From the NCBI GenBank assembly GCA_951406725.2, contig OX597827.1, positions 64,418,001-64,482,000 of the forward strand: a DNA stretch of 64,000 bases, written 5' to 3'. Each line of letters begins with the position of its first letter. Within the stretch, counting starts at the first letter, position 1. Positions 24,301 through 39,300 of this stretch are shown piece after piece. A program made the translations under genes and the position numbers. The notes beneath the pieces were generated by a model that saw only the letters and a list, made by a program, of their open reading frames with translations, was not told the DNA's origin and did no database searches. This DNA comes from Octopus vulgaris. Its lineage: Eukaryota.

Positions 24301-27300
24301 ATCCCCCTCTCTGGAATGTTCAATATTCCTTCCTCCCCTTCCTCCCCTTCACCTTCAAATGCCCGGTCTCTGGAATGTTCAATATTCCTTCCTCCACTTC
24401 CTCCCCTTCACCTTCAAATCCCCCTCTGGAATGTTCAATATTGCTTCTTCCCATTCCTCACATTTACCTTCAAATCCCCATCTCTGGAATGTACAATATT
24501 CCTTCGTACCCTTACTCCCCTTCATCTTCAAATCCCCCTCTCTGGAATGTTCAATATTCCCTCCTCCTTTTCCTCCCCTTCACCTTCAAATCCCCTCTCT
24601 GGAATGTTCAATATTCCTTCCTCCCCTTCCTACCCATCACCTTGCAATCCCCCTCTCTGGAATGTTCAATATTCCTTCTTCCCATTCCTCCCATTTACCT
24701 TCAAATCCCCCTCTCTGGAATGTTCAATATTCCTTTTTCCCATTCCTTATTTACCTTCAAATCCCCATCTCTGGAATGTTCAATATTCCTTCTTCCCATT
24801 CCTTACCTTCACATTCAAATCCCCCTCACTGGAATGTTCAATATTCCTTCTTCCCATTCCTCCCCTTTAACTTCAAATCCCCCTCTCTGGAATGTTCAAT
24901 ATTCCTTCTTCCCATTCCTTACCTTCACCTTGAAATCCCCCTCTCTGGAATGTTCAATATTCCTTCTTCCCATTCCTCCCCTTTACCTTCAAATCCCCCT
25001 CTCTGGAATGTTCAATATTCCTTCTTCCCATTCCTCCCCTTAACCTTCAAATCCCCCTTTCTGGAATGTTCAATATTCCTTCTTCACATTCCTCCCCTTC
25101 ACCTTCATTCCTTCTGGAATGTTAAATATTCCCTCCTCCTTTTCCTCCCCTTCACCTGCAAATCCCCCTCTCTGGAATTTTCAATATTCCTTCCTCCCCT
25201 TCACCTTCAAATCCCCCTCTCTGGAATGTTCAATATTCCTTCCTCCCCTTCACCTTCAAATCCCCCTCACTGGAATGTTCAATATTCCTTCCTCCCCTTC
25301 ACCTTCAAATCCCCCTCTCCGGAATGTTCAATATTCCTTCCTCCCCTTCCTCCCATTCACCTTCAAATCCCCCTCTCTGGAATGTTCAATATTCCCTCCT
25401 CCTTTTCCTCCCCTTCACCTTCAAATCACCCTCTCTGGAATGTTCAATATTCCTTCCTCCCCTTCCTCCCCTTCATCTTCAAATCCCCCTCTGGAATGTT
25501 CAATATTCCCTCCTCATTTCCACCCCCTCACCTTCAAATCCCCCACTCTGCAATGTTCAATATTTCTTCCTCCACTTCCTTCCCTTCACCTTCAAATCCC
25601 CCTCTCTGGAATGTTCAATATTCCTTCCTCCCGTTCCTCCCCTTCACCTTCAAATCCCCCTCTCTGGAATGTTCAATATTCCTTCCTCCCCTTCCTCCCC
25701 TTCAACTTCAAATCCCCTCTCTGGAATGTTCAATATTCCTTCCTCCCTTCCTCCCGTTCACCTTCAAATCCCCCTCTCTGGAATGTTCAATATTTCTTCT
25801 TCCAATTCCTCCCCTTTACCTTCAAATCCCCCTTTCTGGAATGTTCAATATTCCTTCTTCCCATTCCTCCCATTTACCTTCAAATCCCCCTATCTGGATT
25901 GTTCAATATTCCTTCTTCCCATTCCTTACGTTCACCTTCAATTCCCCCTCTCTGGAATGTTCAATATTCCTTCTTCCCATTTCTCCCATTTACTTTCAAA
26001 TCCCCCTCTCTGGAATGTTCAATATTCCTTCCCCACCTTCCTGCCCTTCACCTTCAAATCCCCCTCTCTGTAATGTTCAATATTCCTTCCTCTCCTTCAC
26101 CTTCAAATCCCCCTCTCTGGAATGTTCAATATTCCTTCTTCCCATTCCTCCCCGTTACCTTCAAATCCCTCTCTCTGGAATGTTCAATATTCCTTCCTCC
26201 CCTTTATCTTCAAATCCCCATCTCTGGAATGTTCAATATTCCCTCCTCCTTTTCCTCCCCTTCAACTTCAAATCCCCCTCTGTGGAATGTTCAATATTCC
26301 TTCTTCCACTTCCTTCCCTTCACCTTCAAATCCCCCTCTCTGGAATGTTCAATATTCCTTCTACCCATTCCTCCCATTTACCTTCAAATCCCCTCTCTGG
26401 AATGTTCAATATTCCTTCTTCCCATTCCTTACCTTCACCTTCAAATCCCCCTCTCTGGAATGTTCAATATTCCTTCCTCCCGTTCCTCCCCTTCACCTTC
26501 AAATGCCCCTCTCTGGAATGTTCAATATTCCTTCCTCCCCTTCCTCCCCTTCACCTTCAAATCCCCCCTCTTGAATGTTCAATATTGCTTCTTCCCATTC
26601 CTCACCTTTACCTTCAAATCCCCATCTCTGGAATGTACAATATTCCTTCGTACCCTTACTCCCCGTCATCTTCAAATCCCCCTCTCTGTAATGTTCAATA
26701 TTCCCTCCTCCTTTTCCTCCCCTTCACCTTCAAATCCCCTCTCTGGAATGTTCAATATTCCTTCCTCCCCTTCCTACCTATCACCTTGCAATCCCCCTCT
26801 CTGGAATGTTCAATATTCCTTCTTCCCATTCCTCCCATTTACCTTCAAATCCCCCTCTCTGGAATGTTCAATATTCCTTTTTCCCATTCCTTATTTACCT
26901 TCAAATCCCCATCTCTGGAATGTTCAATATTCCTTCTTCCCATTCCTTACCTTCACATTCAAATCCCCCTCACTGGAATGTTCAATATTCCTTCTTCCCA
27001 TTCCTCCCCTTTAACTTCAAATCCCCCTCTCTGGAATGTTCAATATTCCTTCTTCCCATTCCTTACCTTCACCTTGAAATCCCCCTCTCTGGAATGTTCA
27101 ATATTCCTTCTTCCAATTCCTCCCCTTTACCTTCAAATCCCCCTCTCTGGAATGTTCAATATTCCTTCTTCCCATTCCTCCACTTTACCTTCAAATCCCC
27201 CTTTCTGGAATGTTCAATATTCCTTCTTCCCATTCCTCCCTTTCACCTTGAAATCCCCCTCTCTGGAATGTTCAATATTCCTTCTTCCCATTCCTCCCCT

Positions 27301-30300
27301 TTACCTTCAAATCCCCCTCTCTGGAATGTTCAATATTCCTTCTTCCCATTCCTTACCTTGACCTCCAAATCTCCCTCTCTGGAATGTTGAATATTCCTAC
27401 TTCCCATTCCTTACCTTCACCTTTAAATCCCCTCTCGCTGGAATGTTCAATATTCCTTCTTCCTATTCTTCCACTTTACCTTGAATTCTCCCTCTCTGGA
27501 ATGTTCAATATTCCTTCTTCCCATTCCTCCCCTTTACCTTCAAATCCCCCTCTCTGGAATGTTGAATATTCTTTCCTCCCCTTCCTCCCCTTCACCTTCA
27601 AATCCCCCTCTCTTGAATGTTCAATATTCCCTCTTCCCATTCCTCACTTTACCTTGAAATCCCCCTCTCTGGAATGTTCAATATTCCTTCTTCCCATTCC
27701 TTACCTTCACCTTCAAATCCCCCTCTCTGGAATGTTCAATATTCCTTCCTCCCATTCCTCCCCTTCACCTTGAAATCCCCATCTGGAATGTTCAAGATTC
27801 CTTCTTCCCATTCCTCCCCTTTACCTTCAAATCCCCCTCTCTGGAATGTTCAATATTCCTTCTTCCCATTCCTTACAATCACCTTCAAATCCCTCTCTCT
27901 GGAATGTTCAATATTCCTTCTTCTCATTCCTTACATTCAATTTCAAATCCCCCTCTCTGGAATGTTCAATATTCCTTCTTCCCATTCTTCCCCTTTACCT
28001 TGAATTCCCCCTCTCTGGAATGTTCAATATTCCTTCTTCCCATTCCTCCCCTTTAACTTCAAATCCCCCTCACTGAAATGTTCAATATTCCTTCTTCCCA
28101 TTCCGCACATTCACCTTCAAATCCCTCTCTCTGGAATGTTCAATATTCCTTCTTCCCATTCCTTACATTCAATTTCAAATCCCCCTCTCTGGAATGTTCA
28201 ATATTCCTTCCTCCCCTTCCTCCCCTTTACCTTCAAATCCCCATCTCTGGAATGTACAATATTCCTTCCTACACTTACTCCCCTTCATCTTCAAATCCCC
28301 CTCTCTGGAATGTTCAATATTCCCTCCTCGTTTTCGTCCCCTTCATCTTCAAATCCCCCTCTCTGGAATGTTCAATATTCCTTCCTCCCCTTCGTCCCCA
28401 TCAACTTCAAATCCCCCTCTCTGGAATATTCAATATTCCTTCTTCCCATTCCTCCCTTTTACCTTCAAATCTCCCTCTCTGGAATGTTCAATATTCCTTT
28501 TACCCATTCCTTACATTCACCTTCAAAACTCCCTCTCTGGAATGTTCAATATTCCATCTTCACATTCCTTAACTTCACATTCAAATCCCCCTCCCTGGAA
28601 TGTTCAATATTCCTTCTTCCCATTCCTCCCCTTTACCTTCAAATCGCCCTCTCTGGAATGTTCAATATTCCTTCTTCCCATTCCTTACCTTCACCTTGAA
28701 ATCCCCCTCTCTGGAATGTTCAATATTCCTTCTTCACATTCCTCCCCTTTACCTTCGAATCCCCCTCTAGGAATGTTCAATATTCCTTCTACCCATTCCT
28801 CCACTTTACCTTGAATTCTCCCTCTCTGGAATGTTCAATATTCCTTCTTCCAATTCCTCCCTTTTCCCTTCAAATCCCCTTCTCTGGAATGTTGAATATA
28901 CTTTCCTCCCGTTCCTCCCCTTCACCTTCAAATCCCCGTCTCAGGAATGTTCAATATTCCTTCTTCCCATTCCTCACTTTACCTTGAAATCCCCCTCTCT
29001 GGAATGTTCAATATTCCTTCTTCCCATTCCTTACCTTCACCTTCAAATCCCCCTCTCTGGAATGTTCAATATTCCTTCTTCCTATTCCTCCCCTTTACCT
29101 TCAAATCCCCCTCTCTGGAATGTTCAATATTCCTTCTTCCCATTCCTCCACTTTACCTTCAAATCCCCCTCTCTGGAATGTACAATATTCGTTCATCCCA
29201 TTCCTCCCCTTCACCTTCAAATCCCCCTCTCTGGAATGTTCAATATTACCTTCTTCCCATTCCTCCCCTTTACCTTCAAATCCCCCTGTCTGGAATGTTC
29301 AATATTCCTTCTTCCCATTCCTACCCTTTACCTTCAAATCCCCCTTTCTGGAATGTTCAATATTCCTTCTTCCCATTCCTCAACTTTACCTTGAATTCCC
29401 CGTCTCTGGAATGTTCAATATTCCTTCTTCCCATTCCTCCCCTTTAACTTCAAATCCCCCTCTCTGGAATGTTCAATATTCCTTCCTCACCTTCCTCCCC
29501 TTCACCTTCAATTCCCCCTCTCTTGAATGTTCAATATTCCTTCCTCTCCTTCCTCCCATTCACCTTCAAATCCCCCTCTCTGGAATGTTCAATATTCCTT
29601 CTTCACATTCCTCCCCTTTACCTTCAAATCCCCCTCTCTGGAATGTTCAATATTCCTTCCTCCCCTTCCTCCCCTTACCTTCAAATCCCCCTCTCTGGAA
29701 TGTTCAATATCCCTTCCAACCCATCCTCCAATTCACCTTCAAATCCCCCTCTCTGGAATGTTCAATATTCCTTTCTCACCTTCCTCTCCTTCACCTTCAA
29801 ATCCCTCTCTCTGGAATGTTCAATATTTCTTCCTCCCCTTCCTCCCCTTCACCTTCAAATCCCCCTCTCTGGAATGTTCAATATTCTTTCTTCCCATTCC
29901 TCCACTTTACCTTCAAATCCCCCTCTCTGGAATGTTCAATATTCATTCCTCCCCTTCCCTTCACCTTCAAATACCCCTATCTGGAATGTTCAATATTCCT
30001 TCCTCCCCTTCCTCCCCTTCACCTTCAAATCCCCCTCTCAGGAATGTTCAATATTCCTTTCTCAACGTCCTCCCATTTACCTTCAAATCCCCCTCTCTGG
30101 AATGTTCAATATTCCTTCCTCCCCTTCCTCCCCTTCACCTTCAAATACCCCCTCTCTGGAATGTTCAATATTCCTTCCATCCCATTCCTCCCCTTTACCT
30201 TCAAATCCCCCTCTCTGGAATGTTTAATATTCCTTCCTACCCTTCCTCCCCTTCACCTTCAAATCCCACTCTGTGGAATGTGGAATATTCCTTCCTCCCC

Positions 30301-33300
30301 TTCCTCCCCTTCACCTTCAAATCCCCCTCTCTGGAATGTTCAATATTCCTTCTTCCCATTCCACCCCTTTACCTTGAAACCCCCTCTCTGGAATGTTCAA
30401 TATTCCTTCTTCCGATTCCTTACATCACCTTCAAATCCCCCGCTCTGGAATGTTCAAAATTCCTTCTTCCTATTCCTCCGCTTTACCTTCAAATCCCCCT
30501 CTCTGGAATGTACAATATTCCTTCTTCCCATTCCTCCACTTTACCTTCAAAACCCCCTCTCTGGAATGTTCAATATTCCTTCTTCCCATGCCTCCCCATC
30601 ACCTTCAAATCCCCCTCTCTGGAATGTTCAATATTCCTTCTTCCCATTCCTTATATTCACCTTCAAATCCCCCTCTCTTGAATGTTCAATATTCCTTCTT
30701 CCCATTCCTCCCCTTTACCTTGAATTCCCCCTCTCTGAAATGTTCAATATTCCTTCTTCCCATTCCGCACCTTTAACTTCAAATCCCCCTCACTGGAATG
30801 TTCAATATTCCTTCCTCCCCTTCCTCCCCTTCACCTTCGAATCCCCCTCTCTGGAATGTTCAATATTCCTTCCTCTCCTTCCTCCCCTTCACCTTCAAAT
30901 CCCCCTCACTAGAATGTTCAATATTCCTTCATCCCATTCCTCCCCTTTACCTTCAAATCCCCCTCTCTGGAATGTTCAATATTCCTTCTTCCCATTCCTC
31001 CCCTTTACCTTCAAATCCCCCTCTCTGGAATGTTCAATATTCCTTCCTCCCCTTCCCTTCACCTTCAAATTCCCCTCTCTGGAATGTTTAATATTCCTTC
31101 TTCCCCTTCCTCCCCTTCACCTTCAAATCCCCCTCTCTGGAATGTTCAATATTCCTTCCAACCCTTCCCCTACTCCTCCAAATCCCCCTCTCTAGAATGT
31201 TCAATATTCCTTCCTCCCCTTCCTCCCCTTCACCTTCAAATCTCCGTCTCTGGAATGTTCAATATTCCTTCTTCCCATTCCTCCCTTTTACCTTCAAATC
31301 CCCCTTTCTGGAATGTTCAGTATTCCTTCTTCCCATTCCTTACCTTCACCTTCAAATCTCCTCTCTGGAATGTTCAATATTCCTTCTTCCCATTCCTTAA
31401 ATTCACCTTCAAATCCCCCTATCTGGAATGTTCAATATTCCTTTTTCCCATTCCTCCCCTTTACCTTGAAATCCCCCTCTCTGGAATGTTCAATATTCCT
31501 TCTTCCCATTCCTACCCTTTACCTTCAAATCCCCCTCTCTGGAATGTTCAATATTCCTTCCTTCCCATTCCTTACCTTCACCTTCAAATCCCCCTCTCTG
31601 GATTGTTCAATATTCCTTCCTCCCATTCCTTCCCTTCACCTTCAAATCCCCCTCTCTGCAATGTTCAATATTCCCTCCTCATTTTCCTCACATTCACCTT
31701 CAAATCCACCTCTCTGGAATGTTCAATAATCCTTCCTCCCCTTCCTCCCCTTCACCTTCAAATCACGCTCTCTGGAATGTTCAATATTCCTTCCTCCCGT
31801 TCCTCCCCTTTACCTTCAAATCCCCCTCTCTGGAATGTTCAATATTCCTTCCTCCCTCTCCTCCACTTCAACTTCAAATCCCGCTCTCTGGAATGTTCAA
31901 TATTCCTTCCTCCCGTTCCTCCCCTTCACCTTCAAATCCCCCTCTCTGGAATGTTCAATATTCCTTCCTACCCTTCCTCCCCTTCACCTTCAAATCCCAC
32001 TCTCTGGAATGTTGAATATTCCTTCCTCCCCTTCCTCCCCTTTACCTTCGAATCCCCCTCTAGGAATGTTCAATATTCCTTCCTCCCCTTCCTCCCCTTC
32101 ACCTTCAAATCTCCCTCTCTGGAATGTTCAATATTCCTTCTTCCAATTCCTCCCTTTTACCTTCAAATCCCCTTCTCTGGAATGTTGAATATTCTTTCCT
32201 CCCGTTCCTCCCCTTCACCTTCAAATCCCCGTCTCTGGAATGTTCAATATTCCTTCTTCCCATTCCTCACTTTACCTTGAAATCCCCCTCTCTGGAATGT
32301 TTAATATTCCTTCTTCCCCTTCTCCCCTTCACCTTCAAATCCCCCTCTCTGGAATGTTCAATATTCCTTCCAACCCTTCCCCTACTCCTCCAAATCCCCC
32401 TCTCTAGAATGTTCAATATTCCTTCCTCCCCTTCCTCCCCTTCACCTTCAAATCTCCGTCTCTGGAATGTTCAATATTCCTTCTTCCCATTCCTCCCTTT
32501 TACCTTCAAATCCCCCTTTCTGGAATGTTCAGTATTCCTTCTTCCCATTCCTTACCTTCACCTTCAAATCTCCTCTCTGGAATGTTCAATATTCCTTCTT
32601 CACATTCCTCCCCTTTACCTTCAAATCCCCCTCTCTGGAATGTTCAATATTCCTTCCTCCCCTTCCTCCCCTTACCTTCAAATCCCCCTCTCTGGAATGT
32701 TCAATATCCCTTCCAACCCATCCTCCAATTCACCTTCAAATCCCCCTCTCTGGAATGTTCAATATTCCTTTCTCACCTTCCTCTCCTTCACCTTCAAATC
32801 CCTCTCTCTGGAATGTTCAATATTTCTTCCTCCCATTCCTTCCCTTCACCTTCAAATCCCCCTCTCTGCAATGTTCAATATTCCCTCCTCATTTTCCTCA
32901 CATTCACCTTCAAATCCACCTCTCTGGAATGTTCAATAATCCTTCCTCCCCTTCCTCCCCTTCACCTTCAAATCACGCTCTCTGGAATGTTCAATATTCC
33001 TTCTTCCCATTCCTCCCCTTTACCTTCAAATCCCCCTCTCTGGAATGTTCAATATTCCTTCCTCCCCTTCCTCCACTTCAACTTCAAATCCCGCTCTCTG
33101 GAATGTTCAATATTTCTTCCTCCCATTCCTCCCCTTCACCTTCAAATCCCCCTCCCTGGAATGTTTAATATTCCTTCCTACCCTTCCTCCCCTTCACCTT
33201 CAAATCCCACTCTCTGGAATGTTGAATATTCCTTCCTCCCCTTCCTCCCCTTTACCTTCGAATCCCCCTCTAGGAATGTTCAATATTCCTTCCTCCCCTT

Positions 33301-36300
33301 CCTCCCCTTCACCTTCAAATCTCCCTCTCTGGAATGTTCAATATTCCTTCTTCCAATTCCTCCTTTTACCTTCAAATCCCCTTCTCTGGAATGTTCAATA
33401 TTCTTTCCTCCCGTTCCTCCCCTTCACCTTCAAATCCCCGTCTCTGGAATGTTCAATATTCCTTCTTCCCATTCCTCACTTTACCTTGAAATCCCCCTCT
33501 CTGGAATGTTCAATATTCCTTCTTCCCATTCCTTACCTTCACCTTCAAATCCCGCTCTCTGGAATGTTCAATATTCCTTATTCCTATTCCTCCCCTTCAC
33601 CTTCAAATCCCCCTCTCTGGAATGTTCAATATTCCTTCTTCCCATTCCTCCACTATACCTTCAAATCTCCCTCTCTGGAATGTACAATATTCGTTCTTCC
33701 CATTCCTCCCCTTCACCTTCAAATCCCCCTCTCTGGAATGTTCAATATTCCTTCTTCCCATTCCTCCCCTTTACCTTCAAATCCCCCTGTCTGGAATGTT
33801 CAATATTCCTTCTTCCCATTCCTACCCTTTACCTTCAAATCCCCCTCTCTGGAATGTTCAATATTCCTTCTTCCCATTCCTCACCTTTACCTTGAATTCC
33901 CCGTCTCTGGAATGTTCAATATTCCTTCTTCCCATTCCTCCCCTTTAACTTCAAATCCCCCTCTCTGGAATTTCAATATTCCTTCCTCCCCTTCCTCCCC
34001 TTCACCTTCAAATCCCCCTCTCTGGAATGTTCAATATTCCTTCCTCCCCATCCTCCACTTCACCTTCAAATCCCCCTCTCTGGAATGTTCAATATTACTT
34101 CCTCCCCTTCCTCCCCTTCTCCTTCAAATCCCCCTCTCTGGAATGTTCAATATATCTTCCTCCCCTTCCTCCCCTTCACCTTCAAATCCCCCTCTCTGGA
34201 ATGTTCAATATTCCTTCTTCCCATTCCTCCACTTTACCTTCAAATCCCACTCTCTGGAATGTTCAACATTCATTCCTCCCCTTCCCTTCACCTTCAAATC
34301 CCCCTATCTGGAATGTTCAATATTCCTTCCTCCCCTTCCTCCCCTTCACCTTCAAATCCCCCTCTCAGGAATGTTCAATATTCTTTTCTCACCTTCCTCC
34401 CCATTACCTTCAAATCCCCCTCTCTGGAATGTTCAATATTCCTTCCTCACCTTCCTCCCCTTCACCTTCAAATCTCCCTCTCAGGAATGTTCAATATTCC
34501 TTCTTCCCATTCCTCCCCTTTACCTTGAAATCCCCCTCTCTGGAATGTTCAATATTCCTTCTTCCCATTCCTACCCTTTACCTTCAAATCCCCCTCTCTG
34601 GAATGTTCAATATTCCTTCCTTCCCATTCCTTACCTTCACCTTCAAATCCCCCTCTCTGGAATGTTCAATATTCCTTCCTCCCCTTCCTTCCCTTCACCT
34701 TCAAATCCCCCTCTCTGCAATGTTCAATATTCCCTCCTCATTTTCCTCACCTTCACCTTCAATTCCCCCTCTCTGGAATGTTCAATATTCCTTCCTCACC
34801 TTCCTCCCCTTCACCTTCAAGTTCCCCCTCTCTTGAATGTTCAATATTCCTTCCTCCCCTTCCTCCCATTCACCTTCAAATCCCTCTCTGGAATGTTCAA
34901 TATTCCTTCTTCACATTCCTCCCCTTTACCTTCAAATCCCCCTCTCTGGAATGTTCAATATTCCTTCCTCCCCTTCCTCCCCTTACCTTCAAATCCCCCT
35001 CTCTGGAATGTTCAATATCCCTTCCAACCCATCCTCCAATTCACCTTCAAATCCCCCTCTCTGGAATGTTCAATATTCCTTTCTCACCTTCCTCTCCTTC
35101 ACCTTCAAATCCCTCTCTCTGGAATGTTCAATATTTCTTCCTCCCCTTCCTCCCCTTCACCTTCAAATCCCCCTCTCTGGAATGTTCAATATTCTTTCTT
35201 CCCATTCCTCCACTTTACCTTCAAATCCCCCTCTCTGGAATGTTCAATATTCATTCCTCCCCTTCCCTTCACCTTCAAATACCCCTATCTGGAATGTTCA
35301 ATATTCCTTCCTCCCTTCCTCCCCTTCACCTTCAAATCCCCCTCTCAGGAATGTTCAATATTCCTTTCTCAACGTCCTCCCATTTACCTTCAAATCCCCC
35401 ACTCTGGAATGTTCAATATTCCTTCCTCCCCTTCCTCCCCTTCACCTTCAAATATCCCTCTCTGGAATGTTCAATATTCCTTCTTCCCATTCCTCCCCTT
35501 TACCTTCAAATCCCCCTCTCTGGAATTTTCAATATTCCTTCCTACCCTTCCTCCCCTTCACCTTCAAATCCCACTCTGTGGAATGTGGAATATTCCTTCC
35601 TCCCCTTCCTCCCCTTCACCTTCAAATCCCCCTCTCTGGAATGTTCAATATTCCTTCTTCCCATTCCACCCCTTTACCTTGAAACCCCCCTCTCTGGAAT
35701 GTTCAATATTCCTTCTTCCGATTCCTTACATTCACCTTCAAATCCCCCGCTCTGGAATGTTCAAAATTCCTTCTTCCTATTCCTCCCCTTTACCTTCAAA
35801 TCCCCCTCTCTGGAATGTTCAATATTCCTTCTTCCCATTCCTCCACTTTACCTTCAAAACCCCCTCTCTGGAATGTTCAATATTCGTTCTTCCCATGCCT
35901 CCCCATCACCTTCAAATCCCCCTCTCTGGAATGTTCAATATTCCTTCTTCCCATTCCTTATATTCACCTTCAAATCCCCCTCTCTTGAATGTTCAATATT
36001 CCTTCTTCCCATTCCTCCCCTTTACCTTGAATTCCCCCTCTCTGAAATGTTCAATATTCCTTCTTCCCATTCCGCACCTTTAACTTCAAATCCCCCTCAC
36101 TGGAATGTTCAATATTCCTTCCTCCCCTTCCTCCCCTTCACCTTCAAATCCCCCTCTCTGGAATGTTCAATATTCCTTCCTCCCCTTCCTCCCCTTCACC
36201 TTCAAATCCCCCTCACTAGAATGTTCAATATTCCTTCATCCCATTCCTCCCCTTTACCTTCAAATCCCCCTCTCTGGAATGTTCAATATTCCTTCTTCCC

Positions 36301-39300
36301 ATTCCTCCCCTTTACCTTCAAATCCCCTCTCTGGAATGTTCAATATTCCTTCCTCCCCTTCCCTTCACCTTCAAATTCCCTCTCTGGAATGTTTAATATT
36401 CCTTCTTCCCCTTCCTCCCCTTCACCTTCAAATCCCCCTCTCTGGAATGTTCAATATTCCTTCCAACCCTTCCCCTACTCCTCCAAATCCCCCTCTCTAG
36501 AATGTTCAATATTCCTTCCTCCCCTTCCTCCCCTTCACCTTCAAATCTCCGTCTCTGGAATGTTCAATATTCCTTCTTCCCATTCCTCCCTTTTACCTTC
36601 AAATCCCCCTTTCTGGAATGTTCAGTATTCCTTCTTCCCATTCCTTACCTTCACCTTCAAATCTCCTCTCTGGAATGTTCAATATTCCTTCTTCCCATTC
36701 CTTAAATTCACCTTCAAATCCCCCTATCTGGAATGTTCAATATTCCTTTTTCCCATTCCTCCCCTTTACCTTGAAATCCCCCTCTCTGGAATGTTCAATA
36801 TTCCTTCTTCCGATTCCTACCCTTTACCTTCAAATCCCCCTCTCTGGAATGTTCAATATTCCTTCCTTCCCATTCCTTACCTTCACCTTCAAATCCCCCT
36901 CTCTGGAATGTTCAATATTCCTTCCTCCCATTCCTTCCCTTCACCTTCAAATCCCCCTCTCTGCAATGTTCAATATTCCCTCCTCATTTTCCTCACATTC
37001 ACCTTCAAATCCACCTCTCTGGAATGTTCAATAATCCTTCCTCCCCTTCCTCCCCTTCACCTTCAAATCACGCTCTCTGGAATGTTCAATATTCCTTCTT
37101 CCCATTCCTCCCCTTTACCTTCAAATCCCCCTCTCTGGAATGTTCAATATTCCTTCCTCCCCTTCCTCCACTTCAACTTCAAATCCCGCTCTCTGGAATG
37201 TTCAATATTTCTTCCTCCCATTCCTCCCCTTCACCTTCAAATCCCCCTCCCTGGAATGTTCAATATTCCTTCCTACCCTTCCTCCCCTTCACCTTCAAAT
37301 CCCACTCTCTGGAATGTTGAATATTCCTTCCTCCCCTTCCTCCCCTTTACCTTCAAATCCCCCTCTAGGAATGTTCAATATTCCTTCCTCCCCTTCCTCC
37401 CCTTCACCTTCAAATCTCCCTCTCTGGAATGTTCAATATTCCTTCTTCCAATTCCTCCCTTTTACCTTCAAATCCCCTTCTCTGGAATGTTGAATATTCT
37501 TTCCTCCCGTTCCTCCCCTTCACCTTCAAATCCCCGTCTCTGGAATGTTCAATATTCCTTCTTCCCATTCCTCACTTTACCTTGAAATCCCCCTCTCTGG
37601 AATGTTTAATATTCCTTCTTCCCCTTCCTCCCTTCACCTTCAAATCCCCCTCTCTGGAATGTTCAATATTCCTTCCAACCCTTCCCCTACTCCTCCAAAT
37701 CCCCTCTCTGGAATGTTCAATATTCCTTCCTCCCCTTCCTCCCCTTCACCTTCAAATCTCCGTCTCTGGAATGTTCAATATTCCTTCCTCCCGTTCCTCC
37801 CCTTTTACCTTCAAATCCCCCTTCTCTGGAATGTTCAGTATTCCTTCTTCCCATTCCTTACCTTCACCTTCAAATCCCCTCTCTGGAATGTTCAATATTC
37901 CTACTTCCCATTCCTTAAATTCACCTTCAAATCCCCCTATCTGGAATGTTCAATATTCCTTCTTCCCATTCCTCCCCTTTACCTTCAAATCCCCCTCTCT
38001 GGAATGTTCAATATTCCTTCTTCCCATTCCTACCCTTTACCTTCAAATCCCCCTCTCTGGAATGTTCAATATTCCTTCCTTCCTTCCTTCCCTTCACCTT
38101 CAAATCCCCCTCTCTGGAATGTTCAATATTCCTTCCTCCCATTCCTTCCCTTCACCTTCAAATCCCCCTCTCTGCAATGTTCAATATTCCCTCCTCATTT
38201 TCCTCACATTCACCTTCAAATCCACCTCTCTGGAATGTTCAATAATCCTTCCTCCCCTTCCTCCCCTTCACCTTCAAATCACGCTCTCTGGAATGTTCAA
38301 TATTCCTTCCTTCCCATTCCTCCCCTTCACCTTCAAATCCCCCTCTCTGGAATGTTCAATATTCCTTCCTCCCCTTCCTCCACTTCAACTTCAAATCCCG
38401 CTCTCTGGAATGTTCAATATTTCTTCCTCCCATTCCTCCCCTTCACCTTCAAATCCCCCTCCCTGGAATGTTTAATATTCCTTCCTACCCTTCCTCCCCT
38501 TCACCTTCAAATCCCACTCTCTGGAATGTTGAATATTCCTTCCTCCCCTTCCTCCCCTTTACCTTCGAATCCCCCTCTAGGAATGTTCAATATTCCTTCC
38601 TCCCCTTCCTCCCCTTCACCTTCAAATCTCCCTCTCTGGAATGTTCAATATTCCTTCTTCCAATTCCTCCCTTTTACCTTCAAATCCCCTTCTCTGGAAT
38701 GTTGAATATTCTTTCCTCCCGTTCCTCCCCTTCACCTTCAAATCCCCGTCTCTGGAATGTTCAATATTCCTTCTTCCCATTCCTCACTTTACCTTGAAAT
38801 CCCCCTCTCTGGAATGTTCAATATTCCTTCTTCCCATTCCTTCCCTTCACCTTCAAATCCCGCTCTCTGGAATGTTCAATATTCCTTATTCCTATTCCTC
38901 CCCTTCACCTTCAAATCCCCTCTCTGGAATGTTCAATATTCCTTCTTCCCATTCCTCCACTATACCTTCAAATCTCCCTCTCTGGAATGTACAATATTCG
39001 TTCTTCCCATTCCTCCCCTTCACCTTCAAATCCCCCTCTCTGGAATGTTCAATATTCCTTCTTCCCATTCCTCCCTTTACCTTCAAATCCCCCTGTCTGG
39101 AATGTTCAATATTCCTTCTTCCCATTCCTACCCTTTACCTTCAAATCCCCCTCTCTGGAATGTTCAATATTCCTTCTTCCCATTCCTCACCTTTACCTTG
39201 AATTCCCGTCTCTGGAATGTTCAATATTCCTTCTTCCCGTTCCTCCCCTTTAACTTCAAATCCCCCTCTCTGGAATGTTCAATATTCCTTCCTCCCCTTC

